Positions 28,335-39,145 are shown, counted from the stretch's first letter. The stretch is DNA of 64,000 nt from an uncultured Gammaproteobacteria bacterium (GCA_964596735.1 CAZQVF010000002.1:18321-82320), one strand, 5' to 3'. Translations and numbers: made by a program. The notes: generated from the letters alone by a model not told the origin.

Positions 28335-29401
28335 TGAAATATAAAAAATTAACCCTGGGTATTGTTTTTGGCGGTCGTTCATTTGAACATGAAGTTTCTT
28401 TGGTTTCGGCCCGGTCAATTATTAATGCCTTGGATAAGAAAAAATACAAGACTGTCTTGGTTGGTTTAACCAAAGAGGGTCGTTGGTTAAAAGGAGAATC
28501 AGCCAGAAAACTTTTAGCCGGGAAAAAAGTAAGAGAAAAAGGTGAATTTGTTCCTACATTTTTAAAGCCAATTGATGTGTTTTTTCCTGTTTTACATGGA
28601 CCATTTGGAGAAGACGGTACTATTCAGGGCTTTTTTGAAACCTTGAAAAAACCTTATGTTGGAGCCAATGTTTTGGGCTCGGCTATTGGTATTGATAAGA
28701 TTATTCAAAAAATTATTTGGCAAAATTATCATTTACCCGTGGTTAAGTTTCAATGGTTTTTATACAAAGATTGGTTAAAAAACAAGAAAAAGTTGATTCA
28801 GCAGATAGAAAAAGAGATTAAATATCCTTGTTTTGTTAAACCCGTTAATGCTGGTTCTAGTGTTGGCATTTCCAAGCCTCACAATCGTCAAGAATTACTC
28901 AAAGCTGTTAATTTAGCGAGTAAGTATGATCATAAAATCTTAATTGAAAAAGCAGTTAAAAATGTTACTGAGGTTGAGGTTAGTGTCTTGGGGAATAACC
29001 AGGTCAAGTCTTCTTGTGTTGGGGAAATAATTCCTAGTAATGAATTTTATGATTATGAAGCAAAATATGTTGATGATAAATCATTAACCTTGATTCCGGC
29101 AAAAATCAGTAAAAAATTAAGTAAAGATATCCAAAAGTTAGCTATTCAAGCTTATAAATTAGTTGATTGTCAGGGTATGGCTCGAGTCGATTTTCTTTTA
29201 TCTGGTCAAAAAATATATTTAAATGAAATTAATACTATTCCTGGGTTTACCAGTATTAGCATGTATCCAAAGCTATGGCAAAAGTCAGGTCTCTCTTATG
29301 CAAGGCTTTTGGATAAATTAATTAACCTGGCCATTAAATGTTTTAAAGAAAAAGAAAAACTTAACTATTCTTACCAACCAAAAAAGCAGTGGTATGTCTA
29401 A
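28334..29401 (+). CDS. ddl: D-alanine--D-alanine ligase
   Basis: FGGRSFEHEVSL, LHGPFGEDG, GSSVG, FYDYEAKY, NEINTIPGFT..SMYP. Confidence 0.97.
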   Translation: MKYKKLTLGIVFGGRSFEHEVSLVSARSIINALDKKKYKTVLVGLTKEGRWLKGESARKLLAGKKVREKGEFVPTFLKPIDVFFPVLHGPFGEDGTIQGFFETLKKPYVGANVLGSAIGIDKIIQKIIWQNYHLPVVKFQWFLYKDWLKNKKKLIQQIEKEIKYPCFVKPVNAGSSVGISKPHNRQELLKAVNLASKYDHKILIEKAVKNVTEVEVSVLGNNQVKSSCVGEIIPSNEFYDYEAKYVDDKSLTLIPAKISKKLSKDIQKLAIQAYKLVDCQGMARVDFLLSGQKIYLNEINTIPGFTSISMYPKLWQKSGLSYARLLDKLINLAIKCFKEKEKLNYSYQPKKQWYV

Positions 29402-30284
29402 TAAATATCGAAAAACTTTTAAAAGTCCTAGTTTGAATCGTCGTGTTCGAGTAGCCCGGAATAAACAATCCAGAGCTTATTTTGCTAAAAAGCGAGTTCT
29501 TAGATTAAAAATTTATTTATCTATTATTTTGATTCTTATTCTTTCTGGCTTTGTTGTTTATTTTTTATTTTTCTCCAATTATTCTGAGATAAAAGATATA
29601 AGAATAAGTAAGATAACTGATTATCAATTAATTTCTGAACAAGAGTTGACTGAGATGATTGATCCATTAATAAAGAAAAGGGGGCTAATATTTTCTCAAA
29701 AACATATTCTTATTTTTAAAACAGATGATTTAAGAGAAATAATGACTAATGATTCAAGAATTAATGTTTTTGATATTGAAAAAGACTGGCCTAGCACATT
29801 AATTATTAAAATAGCTGAATCAAAGCCGGTGGCTTCCTTAATTAGCTTTGCTAATAATAAGAATTGTTATTTAAACTCAAAGGGGCAGGTGATTTATGCC
29901 TCTACAGATATTGATTTTACGACGCCTGATGAAGCTGAAAAGGAGATTTTGCCTGTTTTTTACGATAAAACAGAGGTTAATTTAACTGATTTGGCCTATG
30001 TAGAGCTGTTAAAGAGCGTTTTAGGGCTTATAAATTGCGATATTTTAAGCCAAAATAGGATTAAAGCTGATTTAGTTAATATATTGGAAAAAGGTGGTGT
30101 TTTTGAGGTAGAGATCATTACTCAAGAGAAATGGCGCATTTTAATCAATTCAGAGGCCGACTTTGATCAACAAATAAATAATTTAAACTTAATTCTTAAA
30201 CAAGAGATAGAAGATAGAAATGATCTTGAACATATTGATTTAAGGTTTGGAGAAAGAATATTTTACAAATTAAAAGAAAATTAG
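29394..30284 (+). CDS. ftsQ: FtsQ/DivIB-like cell division protein
   Basis: Basic N-tail, single TM, POTRA-like WPSTLIIKIAE, C-terminal HIDLRFGERIFY; follows ddl. Confidence 0.8.
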   Translation: MSNKYRKTFKSPSLNRRVRVARNKQSRAYFAKKRVLRLKIYLSIILILILSGFVVYFLFFSNYSEIKDIRISKITDYQLISEQELTEMIDPLIKKRGLIFSQKHILIFKTDDLREIMTNDSRINVFDIEKDWPSTLIIKIAESKPVASLISFANNKNCYLNSKGQVIYASTDIDFTTPDEAEKEILPVFYDKTEVNLTDLAYVELLKSVLGLINCDILSQNRIKADLVNILEKGGVFEVEIITQEKWRILINSEADFDQQINNLNLILKQEIEDRNDLEHIDLRFGERIFYKLKEN

Positions 30285-30310
30285 ATAATATATAAGATTA
30301 GTTTAATTTA

Positions 30311-30345
30311 AGCAAAAAAGAGGCTTTAAAGGGCCTCTCTTGCTT
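30311..30345. terminator. Bidirectional terminator-like hairpin between convergent genes
   Basis: AGCAAAAAAGAGGCTT-taaa-GGGCCTCTCTTGCT. Confidence 0.6.
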
Positions 30346-30423
30346 TATACATACAAGCGACGTAAAAGGGATATTGTACGTCGCTTGTTATATTTAAAAA
30401 TCTATCAATTTCTTTATCCCCTG

Positions 30424-30690
30424 TTAAGGAATAACAATGTCTTCGTATTGAACACCTTTATCAGGTTGGCCTGGGCTTTTTATCTGATCAATTGAATAAA
30501 CTTGTTTTTCTCTTTGGCTAATCTCTGTCCAAATACTAGTATATTCTCTCATAAATATAGCGCCCATACCAAAAACAGCTATCATTGCTCCAATTAAAAA
30601 TATAAAGGAAACGGTAGGATTAATGTCTTTTTCCCACCACTTTTCTGGTCTTTCAATACGATATTTACTAGAAGAAAATTCATCTGACAT
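30424..30690 (-). CDS. Small single-TM protein of unknown function
   Basis: 88-aa ORF with one hydrophobic helix. Confidence 0.65.
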   Translation of the reverse strand: MSDEFSSSKYRIERPEKWWEKDINPTVSFIFLIGAMIAVFGMGAIFMREYTSIWTEISQREKQVYSIDQIKSPGQPDKGVQYEDIVIP

Positions 30691-30780
30691 AGATAATCTT
30701 TATAATCAAATTACTTTAATACCTATATAACAATAATTTAGTTTCAAGTCCTGCTTATATATCAACTAATTTATATCTAA

Positions 30781-31053
30781 CTATTTTCCGTCTTTGCTTG
30801 TTTTTACAGCAAAAGCGCCAGCCAAAAGCAAGACAATACCAACTACGCCAATGCCGGCTGATAAATATAGCTCTTTCAAAATTAAAGCATGTGGTGAATA
30901 AACAAATTCTTCAAAGGGTTCTTGGGGAATAGTAAAATAGTTGAAAATTCCTAGACTGGCAATAACAAAGCCAATAATAATTAATAAAGCCCCGAGCCAA
31001 ATTAATTGAGTCTTTGTTCCCCCTTCTTTGATATAGAGTTTAAACGGTTTCAT
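30781..31053 (-). CDS. Small two-TM membrane protein of unknown function
   Basis: 90-aa ORF with two hydrophobic helices. Confidence 0.7.
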   Translation of the reverse strand: MKPFKLYIKEGGTKTQLIWLGALLIIIGFVIASLGIFNYFTIPQEPFEEFVYSPHALILKELYLSAGIGVVGIVLLLAGAFAVKTSKDGK

Positions 31054-31131
31054 GGTTTAAATGATTTATTCTATTTATTATATATTATATTACCTATATA
31101 TTATAAGCAAAGCTTGAAATTAATAAATTAA

Positions 31132-32370
31132 TTATAACAGATAATCCTTAGGATTAACAGGAATACCATCTAATCTTACCTCAAAATGTAAATGTGGTCC
31201 AGTGGAGAAACTACCCGCCCCTGTCGTTCCTGGTAATCCGCCGGTTCGGCCAATAATACTGCCTCTTTTAATATATTCGTCTTCTTCAACAAAGATTTCA
31301 CTAACATGTCCATAAACAGTGGAAAAAGATTCATTATGAATGATCATGATATAGCTATAACCTAGGCCACCATGCTTTGCCCTGGCCACATAGCCAGAAG
31401 CCGGCGCTCTTATAGCTGTTCCCTGGGGGGCTCTTAAATCAATACCTGAATGCTCACCAATCCAATGGCGATAAGGATAGTCTGGATCATGAAATTCAGA
31501 GGTAATTCCTTCTAACGGGACTGGCCAGGAAAAGATAATAATCCCCTCTTTTTCCATTAACTCTGCTTTTTGTTCTTTTTCTTGGGCTATTTTTCTTCTG
31601 ACATCGCTTTCCAACTGAACTATTTCATTTTCAACTTCTTGTTTTTCCTTAACCACTTCTGCTAAAAGAGCTTGAAATTTCCATTCTGCTCCTTGGGTTT
31701 CTTCTAAAATAGTTTTCTTGGCTTGTTGCTCTGAAGCTAATTTTGCTTTTTTGTCTTTAAGTTCTGATTCTAAATCAATTAATTGTTGGAGTTGTAAACG
31801 TAGATCTTTTTCTTGTATTTCCAAGCCTTCTTTGATTAAATCCATTCTTTGTAAAGAACGAGCTAATTCTGACTGAACAGTGTTTAAATAGCGTAAATGA
31901 CTTAAAATATCTGAAATAGAATCATTGAGAAGAATTATTTCTAAATGATTTTTATGATCGTATTGATTAATGGTTTGTAAAAATTCTTTTAAATCTTGTT
32001 TTAATACTTCGATTTCTTGTTTTTTTTCTAAAACTCTTAATTGAATGTTCTTAATTGAAAGATTAGTTTTGGCGATTTGTTTTTCTTTTTCTTGGATTTC
32101 TGCCTCTCTTTCTAAAACTTGATTACTTAAAAGGTATATTTGATTTTTCAAAGTAACGGCTTCTTCTCTTTTAATTTCTATTTTCTCTTGATATATTTGT
32201 TTTTGTCCTTCTAGGTCTTTTATCTCTTGTTGCTGGGCTTCAATCTGTTTTTGCATGTCTTCAATTTCTTTTGAATAATCAATCGTAAGGCTGAGACTGG
32301 GTTTGACAAATAAAAAAAATGCTAAGAAGCAGACAAATAGTAAACTAATTTTATTATAATTAAAATACAT
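31132..32370 (-). CDS. Secreted coiled-coil M23 peptidase (EnvC/CwlO-like murein hydrolase)
   Basis: Signal peptide, long coiled coil, WPV, HSGID, VYGH, TGPHLHFEVR. Confidence 0.92.
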   Translation of the reverse strand: MYFNYNKISLLFVCFLAFFLFVKPSLSLTIDYSKEIEDMQKQIEAQQQEIKDLEGQKQIYQEKIEIKREEAVTLKNQIYLLSNQVLEREAEIQEKEKQIAKTNLSIKNIQLRVLEKKQEIEVLKQDLKEFLQTINQYDHKNHLEIILLNDSISDILSHLRYLNTVQSELARSLQRMDLIKEGLEIQEKDLRLQLQQLIDLESELKDKKAKLASEQQAKKTILEETQGAEWKFQALLAEVVKEKQEVENEIVQLESDVRRKIAQEKEQKAELMEKEGIIIFSWPVPLEGITSEFHDPDYPYRHWIGEHSGIDLRAPQGTAIRAPASGYVARAKHGGLGYSYIMIIHNESFSTVYGHVSEIFVEEDEYIKRGSIIGRTGGLPGTTGAGSFSTGPHLHFEVRLDGIPVNPKDYLL

Positions 32371-32414
32371 TAATTTATATACAATAAATATTTAATTTCA
32401 AGCTTTGCTTATAT

Positions 32415-33860
32415 TTATTTATCATCTAATTTTCTAATGGCTTGATCAATTCTTTGCAAGGTTTCTTCTTTGCCTAAGATTTCTGCAATGTTCTCTGGTG
32501 GTGGAGAAGCTTTTTTCCCACTCAAGCAAGCCCGTAAAGGCCAAAATACTTGTCCAGTCCCCTTTTCTTTGGCTAAGGTGCTTAAGTTTTTAAGTATTTT
32601 TTTGCTTTTAAAGGATGAGGAGGGAATTTTGTTTAATAAATCTTTAACTTGTTTTAAAATTTCTTTAACTTCTAACAGAGTTGTTTTTTTCCACAATAAA
32701 AGTTCTGGATTATATTCTATTTTTTTAAAGAAAAAACTGGTTAACTCCCCTATTTGGTCTAGTCTTTTCAGTCTTTGTTGCTCTAAAAAGATGATTTTTT
32801 TAACCTTTTTTAGATTATAATCCCCTTTTTTAATCAATCCTGCCTGGATTAAATATGGCAAACAGAGCTTGGTTAAGCCTTTTAAGGAGGTTTGTCTAAT
32901 ATAGTGGCCGTTTAGCCAGTCTAATTTTTTTCTATTAAAAATAGCCCCTGATTTTTGAATTCTATTTATTGAAAATTCTTTGATTAATTGTTTTAATTTA
33001 AATATTTCTTGTTCTGTCCCTGGGTTCCAGCCTAAAAGAGCTAAAAAGTTAATCAAGGTTTGAGGTAAATAACCCTGGGCTAAATAATCTTCAACCGCAA
33101 CATCATTTTGACGTTTTGATAATTTAGAATGATCTGGATTAAGTAATAAGGGCACATGGGCGAATTCAGGGACGGGCCATTTAAAAGCTTGGTAAAGAAG
33201 GATGTGTTTGGGAATAGATGGTAGCCATTCCTCTCCTCTGATCACATGGGTGATATTCATAGCATGATCGTCAACGACATTGGCTAAATGATAAGTCGGC
33301 CATCTGTCTGATTTTAATAAAATTTGATCATCAATAGTTTTTAAGTCAAATTCCACTGAACCACGAATTAAGTCTTTAAATTTAATTGTCCCCTTCTCTG
33401 GAACTTTTAAACGAATAACATATGATTTGCTTGATTTTAGTTTTTCTTTTATTTGTTTCTCTGTTAAGTTTCGACAGTGACGATTATATTGCGGGGGCAT
33501 TTTTTTAGCAATTTGTTCTTGTCTGGTTTTTTCTAATTGTTCAGAAGTACAAAAACAATAATAGGCTTTGTCATGGTCAACTAATTTTTGAGCCAAGCTA
33601 CGGTAACTACCTATTTTATGTGATTGAAAAAACGGTCCTTCGTCCCAAGGTAAATTAACTTGTTTTAAAGTGTTAATTAAGTAATAATCTGATCCTTCTA
33701 TATAACGCTGCTGATCAGTGTCTTCAATTCTTAAAATTACTTTTCCTTTATTTTGTCTGGCAAAAAGCCAATTGTATAGATAAGTGCGCAGACCACCAAT
33801 GTGTAAAGAGCCTGTGGGACTTGGGGCAAAACGGACTCTGATTGTTTTTTTCTTAAACAT
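32415..33860 (-). CDS. gltX: Glutamate--tRNA ligase
   Basis: RFAPSPTG.LHIG, RIEDTD, HVIRGEEW, KLSKR; ATG 33860 preferred over the overlapping upstream start. Confidence 0.97.
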   Translation of the reverse strand: MFKKKTIRVRFAPSPTGSLHIGGLRTYLYNWLFARQNKGKVILRIEDTDQQRYIEGSDYYLINTLKQVNLPWDEGPFFQSHKIGSYRSLAQKLVDHDKAYYCFCTSEQLEKTRQEQIAKKMPPQYNRHCRNLTEKQIKEKLKSSKSYVIRLKVPEKGTIKFKDLIRGSVEFDLKTIDDQILLKSDRWPTYHLANVVDDHAMNITHVIRGEEWLPSIPKHILLYQAFKWPVPEFAHVPLLLNPDHSKLSKRQNDVAVEDYLAQGYLPQTLINFLALLGWNPGTEQEIFKLKQLIKEFSINRIQKSGAIFNRKKLDWLNGHYIRQTSLKGLTKLCLPYLIQAGLIKKGDYNLKKVKKIIFLEQQRLKRLDQIGELTSFFFKKIEYNPELLLWKKTTLLEVKEILKQVKDLLNKIPSSSFKSKKILKNLSTLAKEKGTGQVFWPLRACLSGKKASPPPENIAEILGKEETLQRIDQAIRKLDDK

Positions 33861-33861
33861 A

Positions 33862-34716
33862 TTATTTAGTGCTTTCAACTCTTTGCCAAATACTGGCAAA
33901 GGATTTTTTTCTAATTTTAATTTTCCAAAAAATAATTAACCAGAGAAAGATACGAGATAGATAAAGTAAAACGGTGTAAAGAAATTCTTTAAAAGTTTTT
34001 GGATAGGTAAAGAATAATTTAACACCGCTAACAATTTCCTGTAAAACATTTCTCTCTCCCCTGCTCTGGTTTTGTGTATATCCACCAGTAGAACGAACTT
34101 TCTGTTTTAACCAATCTTTAAAATTATTCGGATACTTAACATAAACCTTTGCTTCTGGAGTATAAGCCACTTGATATTCTTTATCTCTAATCATTTGAGT
34201 AATAATTCCGTCTTCAGCTAAAACATTTTCTGGTATTTTCTTTATTATATCACGAAAAGCATATAAATATCCAGAGCATGGAAAGTCTTTTCCTTTTAAG
34301 CGCCATTGATGAGCCGCATTGGTTAAAAAATGAGACCAATAGCCAAGAATGTGGTCTTTTGGGTTTAAACTGACTGGATTTGCAGAAACTGCTCCAATTT
34401 TATCATTCTGAAATGGCTTTATTAAGAGATTTAATGCGTTTTTTCCTATAAATACATCTCCGTCTGTTAAAACAAGTATTTTTCCTTTAGCTTTTTTAAA
34501 AGCTAGATTAAGAGCAGCTGGTTTTCCAAGGCCCTTATCTTTTAAATACTTGATTTGAGGATATTTTGAAAATTCTTTAACAACTTCTTGTGTTTTCTTG
34601 TCTGGGCCAACAACCAAGAGTTCATGTTCTTGTTTAATATTTTGATTTAAAATTGCCCTAATCGCTCTTGGCAAGGTTTCTGATTCCTTATAAGTGGTAA
34701 TGATAATGGAAATCAT
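33862..34716 (-). CDS. Glycosyltransferase family 2
   Basis: IIITTYKE, GKPAALN, LTDGD (DxD), AEDG, KQKVR. Confidence 0.9.
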   Translation of the reverse strand: MISIIITTYKESETLPRAIRAILNQNIKQEHELLVVGPDKKTQEVVKEFSKYPQIKYLKDKGLGKPAALNLAFKKAKGKILVLTDGDVFIGKNALNLLIKPFQNDKIGAVSANPVSLNPKDHILGYWSHFLTNAAHQWRLKGKDFPCSGYLYAFRDIIKKIPENVLAEDGIITQMIRDKEYQVAYTPEAKVYVKYPNNFKDWLKQKVRSTGGYTQNQSRGERNVLQEIVSGVKLFFTYPKTFKEFLYTVLLYLSRIFLWLIIFWKIKIRKKSFASIWQRVESTK

Positions 34717-35267
34717 ATAAGAGGATATTTATTTAAAACTGTATATTCTGCTCCTTGACGACTTAAAACACTTTTCATTAAATCAATGTACTCGACTTTA
34801 AATTCTAAATCTGGTACTTTTTTATTAAAAGAGGTTGGTAGATTATTAATCGGTGTTTTTATCCGGGCAAAGGTTAAGTGTATTTGCCAAGCCCGTTCAT
34901 CAATTTCTATTCCCATGTATCTTAAGGCCTGGCCAAGAATTTTTTGTAGACCAATTAGGTCATTGTCTTGTTTTTCTTCGCATTTAAAAAACAAAACTCT
35001 TGGTCTGTTTTGGTTTGGAAAACAATCCGCTCTTTTTATTTTTAAAACAATGTCTGTTTTAAAAACACTGCTCTGTAAAATACTTCTTACTTTATCTAGT
35101 TGTTTTTCTTCTAAATAACCTAAAAAGTGAAGGGTTAAGTGAAAATTCTCTGGATCAACCCATTTCATATCTGCTTTTAAATCTTTTTTGAGATTTTCTA
35201 TCCAATTACCTAAGACTTGTTTAACCTCTTTTGGTATATTAACAGCTATAAAAGTTCGTGTTTTCAT
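34713..35267 (-). CDS. thpR: RNA 2',3'-cyclic phosphodiesterase (2H phosphoesterase, LigT/ThpR)
   Basis: RTFIA, two HxT motifs (HLTLHFLG, HLTFAR). Confidence 0.9.
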   Translation of the reverse strand: MKTRTFIAVNIPKEVKQVLGNWIENLKKDLKADMKWVDPENFHLTLHFLGYLEEKQLDKVRSILQSSVFKTDIVLKIKRADCFPNQNRPRVLFFKCEEKQDNDLIGLQKILGQALRYMGIEIDERAWQIHLTFARIKTPINNLPTSFNKKVPDLEFKVEYIDLMKSVLSRQGAEYTVLNKYPLI

Positions 35268-35327
35268 AAGATTATTATAAGCAGAGCTTGAAATTAAATA
35301 ACAATTTAATTATAGCAGTTTTTGGTA

Positions 35328-35357
35328 AAAAAATAAGGCCCGGGTTATTACCGAGCC
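35328..35357 (-). terminator. Intrinsic terminator after the 103-aa gene
   Basis: GGCTCGG-taataac-CCGGGCC followed by TTATTTTTT on -. Confidence 0.65.
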
Positions 35358-35380
35358 AAACTTTTAGCAAGAGAAATGTT

Positions 35381-35692
35381 TTATTCCAGAATTGTTCTTT
35401 TTTCAAGAACCATCACTTCTTTAGAAGAAAGCACCGCTCTATCTACGATATAGCATTTTTCAACAACCAACTTTGTCTTCTCTGGAGACTTTTTGAGTTT
35501 TGCCAAAACCTGGGCCAAGGCTGAATTGAGAAAATACATTGTCTCAATCTCGCATACGGGACAGGAAAAATGAAGACCATTTTGATCGTCTCCTAAGGCT
35601 GGGACTTGGGTGGCTTCAGAGCCACATTTGCTGTGAATAATCGTTATCCTGTCTTCTGTGAAATCTACAAAAAAAACATTGTCGGATTTCAT
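35381..35692 (-). CDS. Hypothetical protein with HxxC...CxxC zinc-ribbon-like motif
   Basis: HSKCG...CPVC; SD AAGGAGGTG; own TTGACA-16-TAAAAT promoter; terminator. Confidence 0.7.
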   Translation of the reverse strand: MKSDNVFFVDFTEDRITIIHSKCGSEATQVPALGDDQNGLHFSCPVCEIETMYFLNSALAQVLAKLKKSPEKTKLVVEKCYIVDRAVLSSKEVMVLEKRTILE

Positions 35693-35746
35693 TTCTCACC
35701 TCCTTTTCTATAGATTAGGTCTATTTTAGCAGTTTTGGGGGGTTTG

Positions 35747-36424
35747 TCAAGGTGGGGAGGATTCTTTGTTGATTTTATTAATTAATTTTTCTATCATCTT
35801 ATCTCTTTTCTCTTGCTCTATTCTCTCTAAGAACAATGGATGATTGCGGGCACACTCGTCATGTATAATCTTTATCAAATCACGATATATGTCTTTTATA
35901 TCTTCCAGGCTTTCTCTGCTACAAGGAAATTCTTTATTATTGAATGAAAAACTATCTTCTGTGAAATTTCCGAAATCATAGATATTGGTTTGTATCTTTT
36001 TCCTTTTACTCAAATATCCCATACACCTATTTTCGATATGTTCTAAATGGCCTCTCACCAGTTGGATATCAAAAATTTTATTTATTCTCGTCTTCAATAT
36101 CTTAATATTTATATTATCTAATTCTTTACCGAATTTACCAATTAGTTTATAAATTTTATCTATACAAATAAAATAGAAATGTGTATCACAAGCTAAATAA
36201 TTTATCCGAAAATCTCTCTTTCGTATATATTTATTATAATTTTCCCGATCTGTCAGTTTATTAAATTCTTTATAAATCCTTTTTCTCATTCTTTCTATTC
36301 TGTTCATTTCAATAATCGCTCCGTTGACATACCTTTCTAGGGTCAAAAGTAAAAAACAAAATTTTAAATTTTTGTCTTTATCTTTATCAAGATAAAGAAT
36401 ATATTTTGACGCCAGATCAAACAT
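35747..36424 (-). CDS. Hypothetical helical protein, possible HEPN-superfamily RNase
   Basis: RxxxxH motif (RGHLEH); own TTGCCA-17-TATAAT promoter (36452-36480). Confidence 0.55.
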   Translation of the reverse strand: MFDLASKYILYLDKDKDKNLKFCFLLLTLERYVNGAIIEMNRIERMRKRIYKEFNKLTDRENYNKYIRKRDFRINYLACDTHFYFICIDKIYKLIGKFGKELDNINIKILKTRINKIFDIQLVRGHLEHIENRCMGYLSKRKKIQTNIYDFGNFTEDSFSFNNKEFPCSRESLEDIKDIYRDLIKIIHDECARNHPLFLERIEQEKRDKMIEKLINKINKESSPP

Positions 36425-36533
36425 TAAGGTCAGTTAGTAAATTATGTGTATATTATAGGTTTACATATCTCTGTTGGCAAGTGTGGGTTTATATATTATT
36501 GACCTTGGGGACAAAAAATGCTAATATGTGGAC

Positions 36534-39143
36534 ATGAATAATTTTACTATTAAAGCTCAGGAAGCTTTGCAAAATGCTCACAACCTGGCCATGGAAAATG
36601 ACCAACAACAAGTTGACACCCCTCATTTGATGTTATCTTTGATTAATCAAGAAGAAGGGGTTGTTTTAGCTTTATTAAAGAAATTAGAAGTTGATGTTGA
36701 TAAATTAAGAGATTCGTTAATTAAGTTAATTAAAAAATTACCTCAGGTAAAAATAGGGCCAGGCGGAAGCTTGGCTGAAGTCTATATTACTCCTTTGCTT
36801 CAAAAAACTATTCTTCATGCTACTAAAGAAGCCAAAAAACTAAAAGATGAATATGTGAGTACTGAACATTTGTTCTTATCCTTATTAATTATCCCTTCTT
36901 TGGTTAAAGAAGTCTTAAAGAAGTTTAATCTTGAACAAGAAAGAGTGCTTAAGGTTTTGGCTGATGTTCGAGGAAGTGAAAGAATTACTGGGCCAGAACC
37001 AGAAAGTAAATATCAGGTTTTGGAAAAATATACAATTAATTTAACTCAGATGGCTCGACAAGAAGAAATAGATCCTATTATTGGTCGTGATGATGAGATT
37101 AGACGGGTTATTCAGGTTTTATCTCGTAGAACCAAGAATAATCCAGTTTTGATTGGTGAAGCCGGGGTGGGAAAAACAGCCATTGTTGAAGGATTGGCTC
37201 AAAGAATTGTTGATAATGATGTCCCTGAATCATTAAAAGCCAAGGAGTTAATCTCTCTTGATTTAGGAGGCTTAATTGCCGGAACCAAGTTTAGGGGAGA
37301 ATTTGAAAACAGGTTAAAAGCAGTTCTAAGAGAAATAAAAAGAGCTGGTAATTATGTTCTCTTTATTGATGAATTACACACTTTGGTTGGGGCTGGTGGA
37401 GCCGAAGGAGCTATTGATGCCTCAAACATGCTTAAACCAGCCTTAGCTCGAGGAGAATTACATTGTGTTGGGGCAACTACTTTAAAAGAATATCAAAAAT
37501 ATATTGAAAAAGACGCTGCTTTAGAACGCCGTTTTCAGCCTGTTTATGCAGCTGAACCTTCAATTGAAGACACTATTGCTATATTAAGAGGTATTAAGGA
37601 AAAATATGAAGTTCATCATGGAGTTAGAATTACTGATGATGCTATAGTTACGGCGGCTAAACTTTCTCATAGATATATTAGTGATCGATTTTTACCTGAC
37701 AAAGCAATTGATTTAATGGATGAAGCGGCTTCTGCTTTGCGCATGGAAATTGAAAGCCAGCCTGAAGAATTAGATAAGTTAAAAAGAAAATTTAGAAAAT
37801 TAGAAATTGAAAGCGCGGTTTTAAAAAAGGAGAAAAACAAAAAACAATTGCCCAAAATTAGAAAAGAAATGGCTGACTTGAAAGAAAAGATTAAAGACTT
37901 TACTCTGCGCTGGAAAAGAGAAAAAGATATTATTACCGAGATCCACAAAATGAAAGAAGAAATAGATAAATTAAAACAACAATCTGAGATTGCTGAAAGG
38001 GAATCTAATTTAGAAAAAGTAGCTAAGATAAAGCATGGTCAGATCCCTGTTTTAGAAAAAAAGATTATTACTGATCAAAAAAAATTAGCTAAAATTCAAA
38101 AAGATTATCGTATTTTAAAAGAAGAAATTGGAGCTGAAGAAATTGCTCGGGTTGTTTCTGTTTGGACTGGTATTCCGGTAACTAAGATGTTAGAAGAGGA
38201 AACAAAAAAATTAGCCCGCATGGAAGACGAAATCCATAAAAGATTAGTTAATCAAGAGAAGGCAGTTAAGGCTGTATCTAATGCGATTAGACGCTCTAGA
38301 GCTGGGATTGCTGAAGAAAACAAACCCATTGGTTCGTTCATCTTTCTTGGCCCAAGTGGGGTGGGAAAAACAGAATTAGCCAAGAGTTTGGCTGAGTTTC
38401 TCTTTAATACAGAATCGGCCTTGGTTCAGTTAGACATGTCTGAATACATGGAAAGACATACGGTTTCTAAGATGATTGGCTCTCCTCCGGGTTATGTTGG
38501 TCATGAAGAAGGAGGACAATTAACTGAAATTGTTAGGCGCCGGCCATATAGTGTTATTTTATTTGATGAAATTGAAAAAGCTCATCCAGAAGTCTTTAAT
38601 ATTCTTTTACAAATCTTAGATGAAGGTCGTTTAACCGATGCTAAGGGAAGAATAGTTAATTTTAAAAATGTGGTCATTATTATGACTTCTAATTTAGGAA
38701 GTGATTTACTTAAAGATCAGGCTAAAAGAGCTCATTTTGGTTTTGATTCATCTAAAGAGAGAGCTAGTGCTCAGGAATTAATTGAAGAAAAAATCAATCA
38801 GACTTTAAAGGAAAAATTTAAACCAGAGTTTTTAAATCGCGTTGAGGAAATTATTATTTTCCAATCTTTGAGTAAAGATAATGTTAAACAAATTGTTGAA
38901 CTTCAACTAAAACAGGTGGTTAAACGATTATTTGACAAAAAAATTAAATTAAAAGTTAATAAACAGGCAAAGAATTTAATTGCAGAAATGGGTTTTGATC
39001 CCTTTTATGGGGCTCGACCATTAAAAAGAGTTATTCAAAAATATATTTTAGACCCTTTGTCTTTAAAAATTATTAGTGGACAAGTTAAACCGAATAGTAC
39101 TTTTAAAGTAGAAGTGAAAAATAAGAAGATAATTATTAATTAA
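36534..39143 (+). CDS. clpB: ATP-dependent disaggregase ClpB
   Basis: Clp N-domains, two AAA modules ([16 protein letters not shown]), long middle coiled coil, [13 protein letters not shown]; ATG 36534 or GTG 36528. Confidence 0.96.
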   Translation: MNNFTIKAQEALQNAHNLAMENDQQQVDTPHLMLSLINQEEGVVLALLKKLEVDVDKLRDSLIKLIKKLPQVKIGPGGSLAEVYITPLLQKTILHATKEAKKLKDEYVSTEHLFLSLLIIPSLVKEVLKKFNLEQERVLKVLADVRGSERITGPEPESKYQVLEKYTINLTQMARQEEIDPIIGRDDEIRRVIQVLSRRTKNNPVLIGEAGVGKTAIVEGLAQRIVDNDVPESLKAKELISLDLGGLIAGTKFRGEFENRLKAVLREIKRAGNYVLFIDELHTLVGAGGAEGAIDASNMLKPALARGELHCVGATTLKEYQKYIEKDAALERRFQPVYAAEPSIEDTIAILRGIKEKYEVHHGVRITDDAIVTAAKLSHRYISDRFLPDKAIDLMDEAASALRMEIESQPEELDKLKRKFRKLEIESAVLKKEKNKKQLPKIRKEMADLKEKIKDFTLRWKREKDIITEIHKMKEEIDKLKQQSEIAERESNLEKVAKIKHGQIPVLEKKIITDQKKLAKIQKDYRILKEEIGAEEIARVVSVWTGIPVTKMLEEETKKLARMEDEIHKRLVNQEKAVKAVSNAIRRSRAGIAEENKPIGSFIFLGPSGVGKTELAKSLAEFLFNTESALVQLDMSEYMERHTVSKMIGSPPGYVGHEEGGQLTEIVRRRPYSVILFDEIEKAHPEVFNILLQILDEGRLTDAKGRIVNFKNVVIIMTSNLGSDLLKDQAKRAHFGFDSSKERASAQELIEEKINQTLKEKFKPEFLNRVEEIIIFQSLSKDNVKQIVELQLKQVVKRLFDKKIKLKVNKQAKNLIAEMGFDPFYGARPLKRVIQKYILDPLSLKIISGQVKPNSTFKVEVKNKKIIIN

Positions 39144-39145
39144 TA

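Noticed and set aside
36452-36485. dif-like site (ATATGTAAACC resembles an XerD arm)
   Set aside because: No matching XerC arm; better explained as the spacer of the TTGCCA-17-TATAAT promoter
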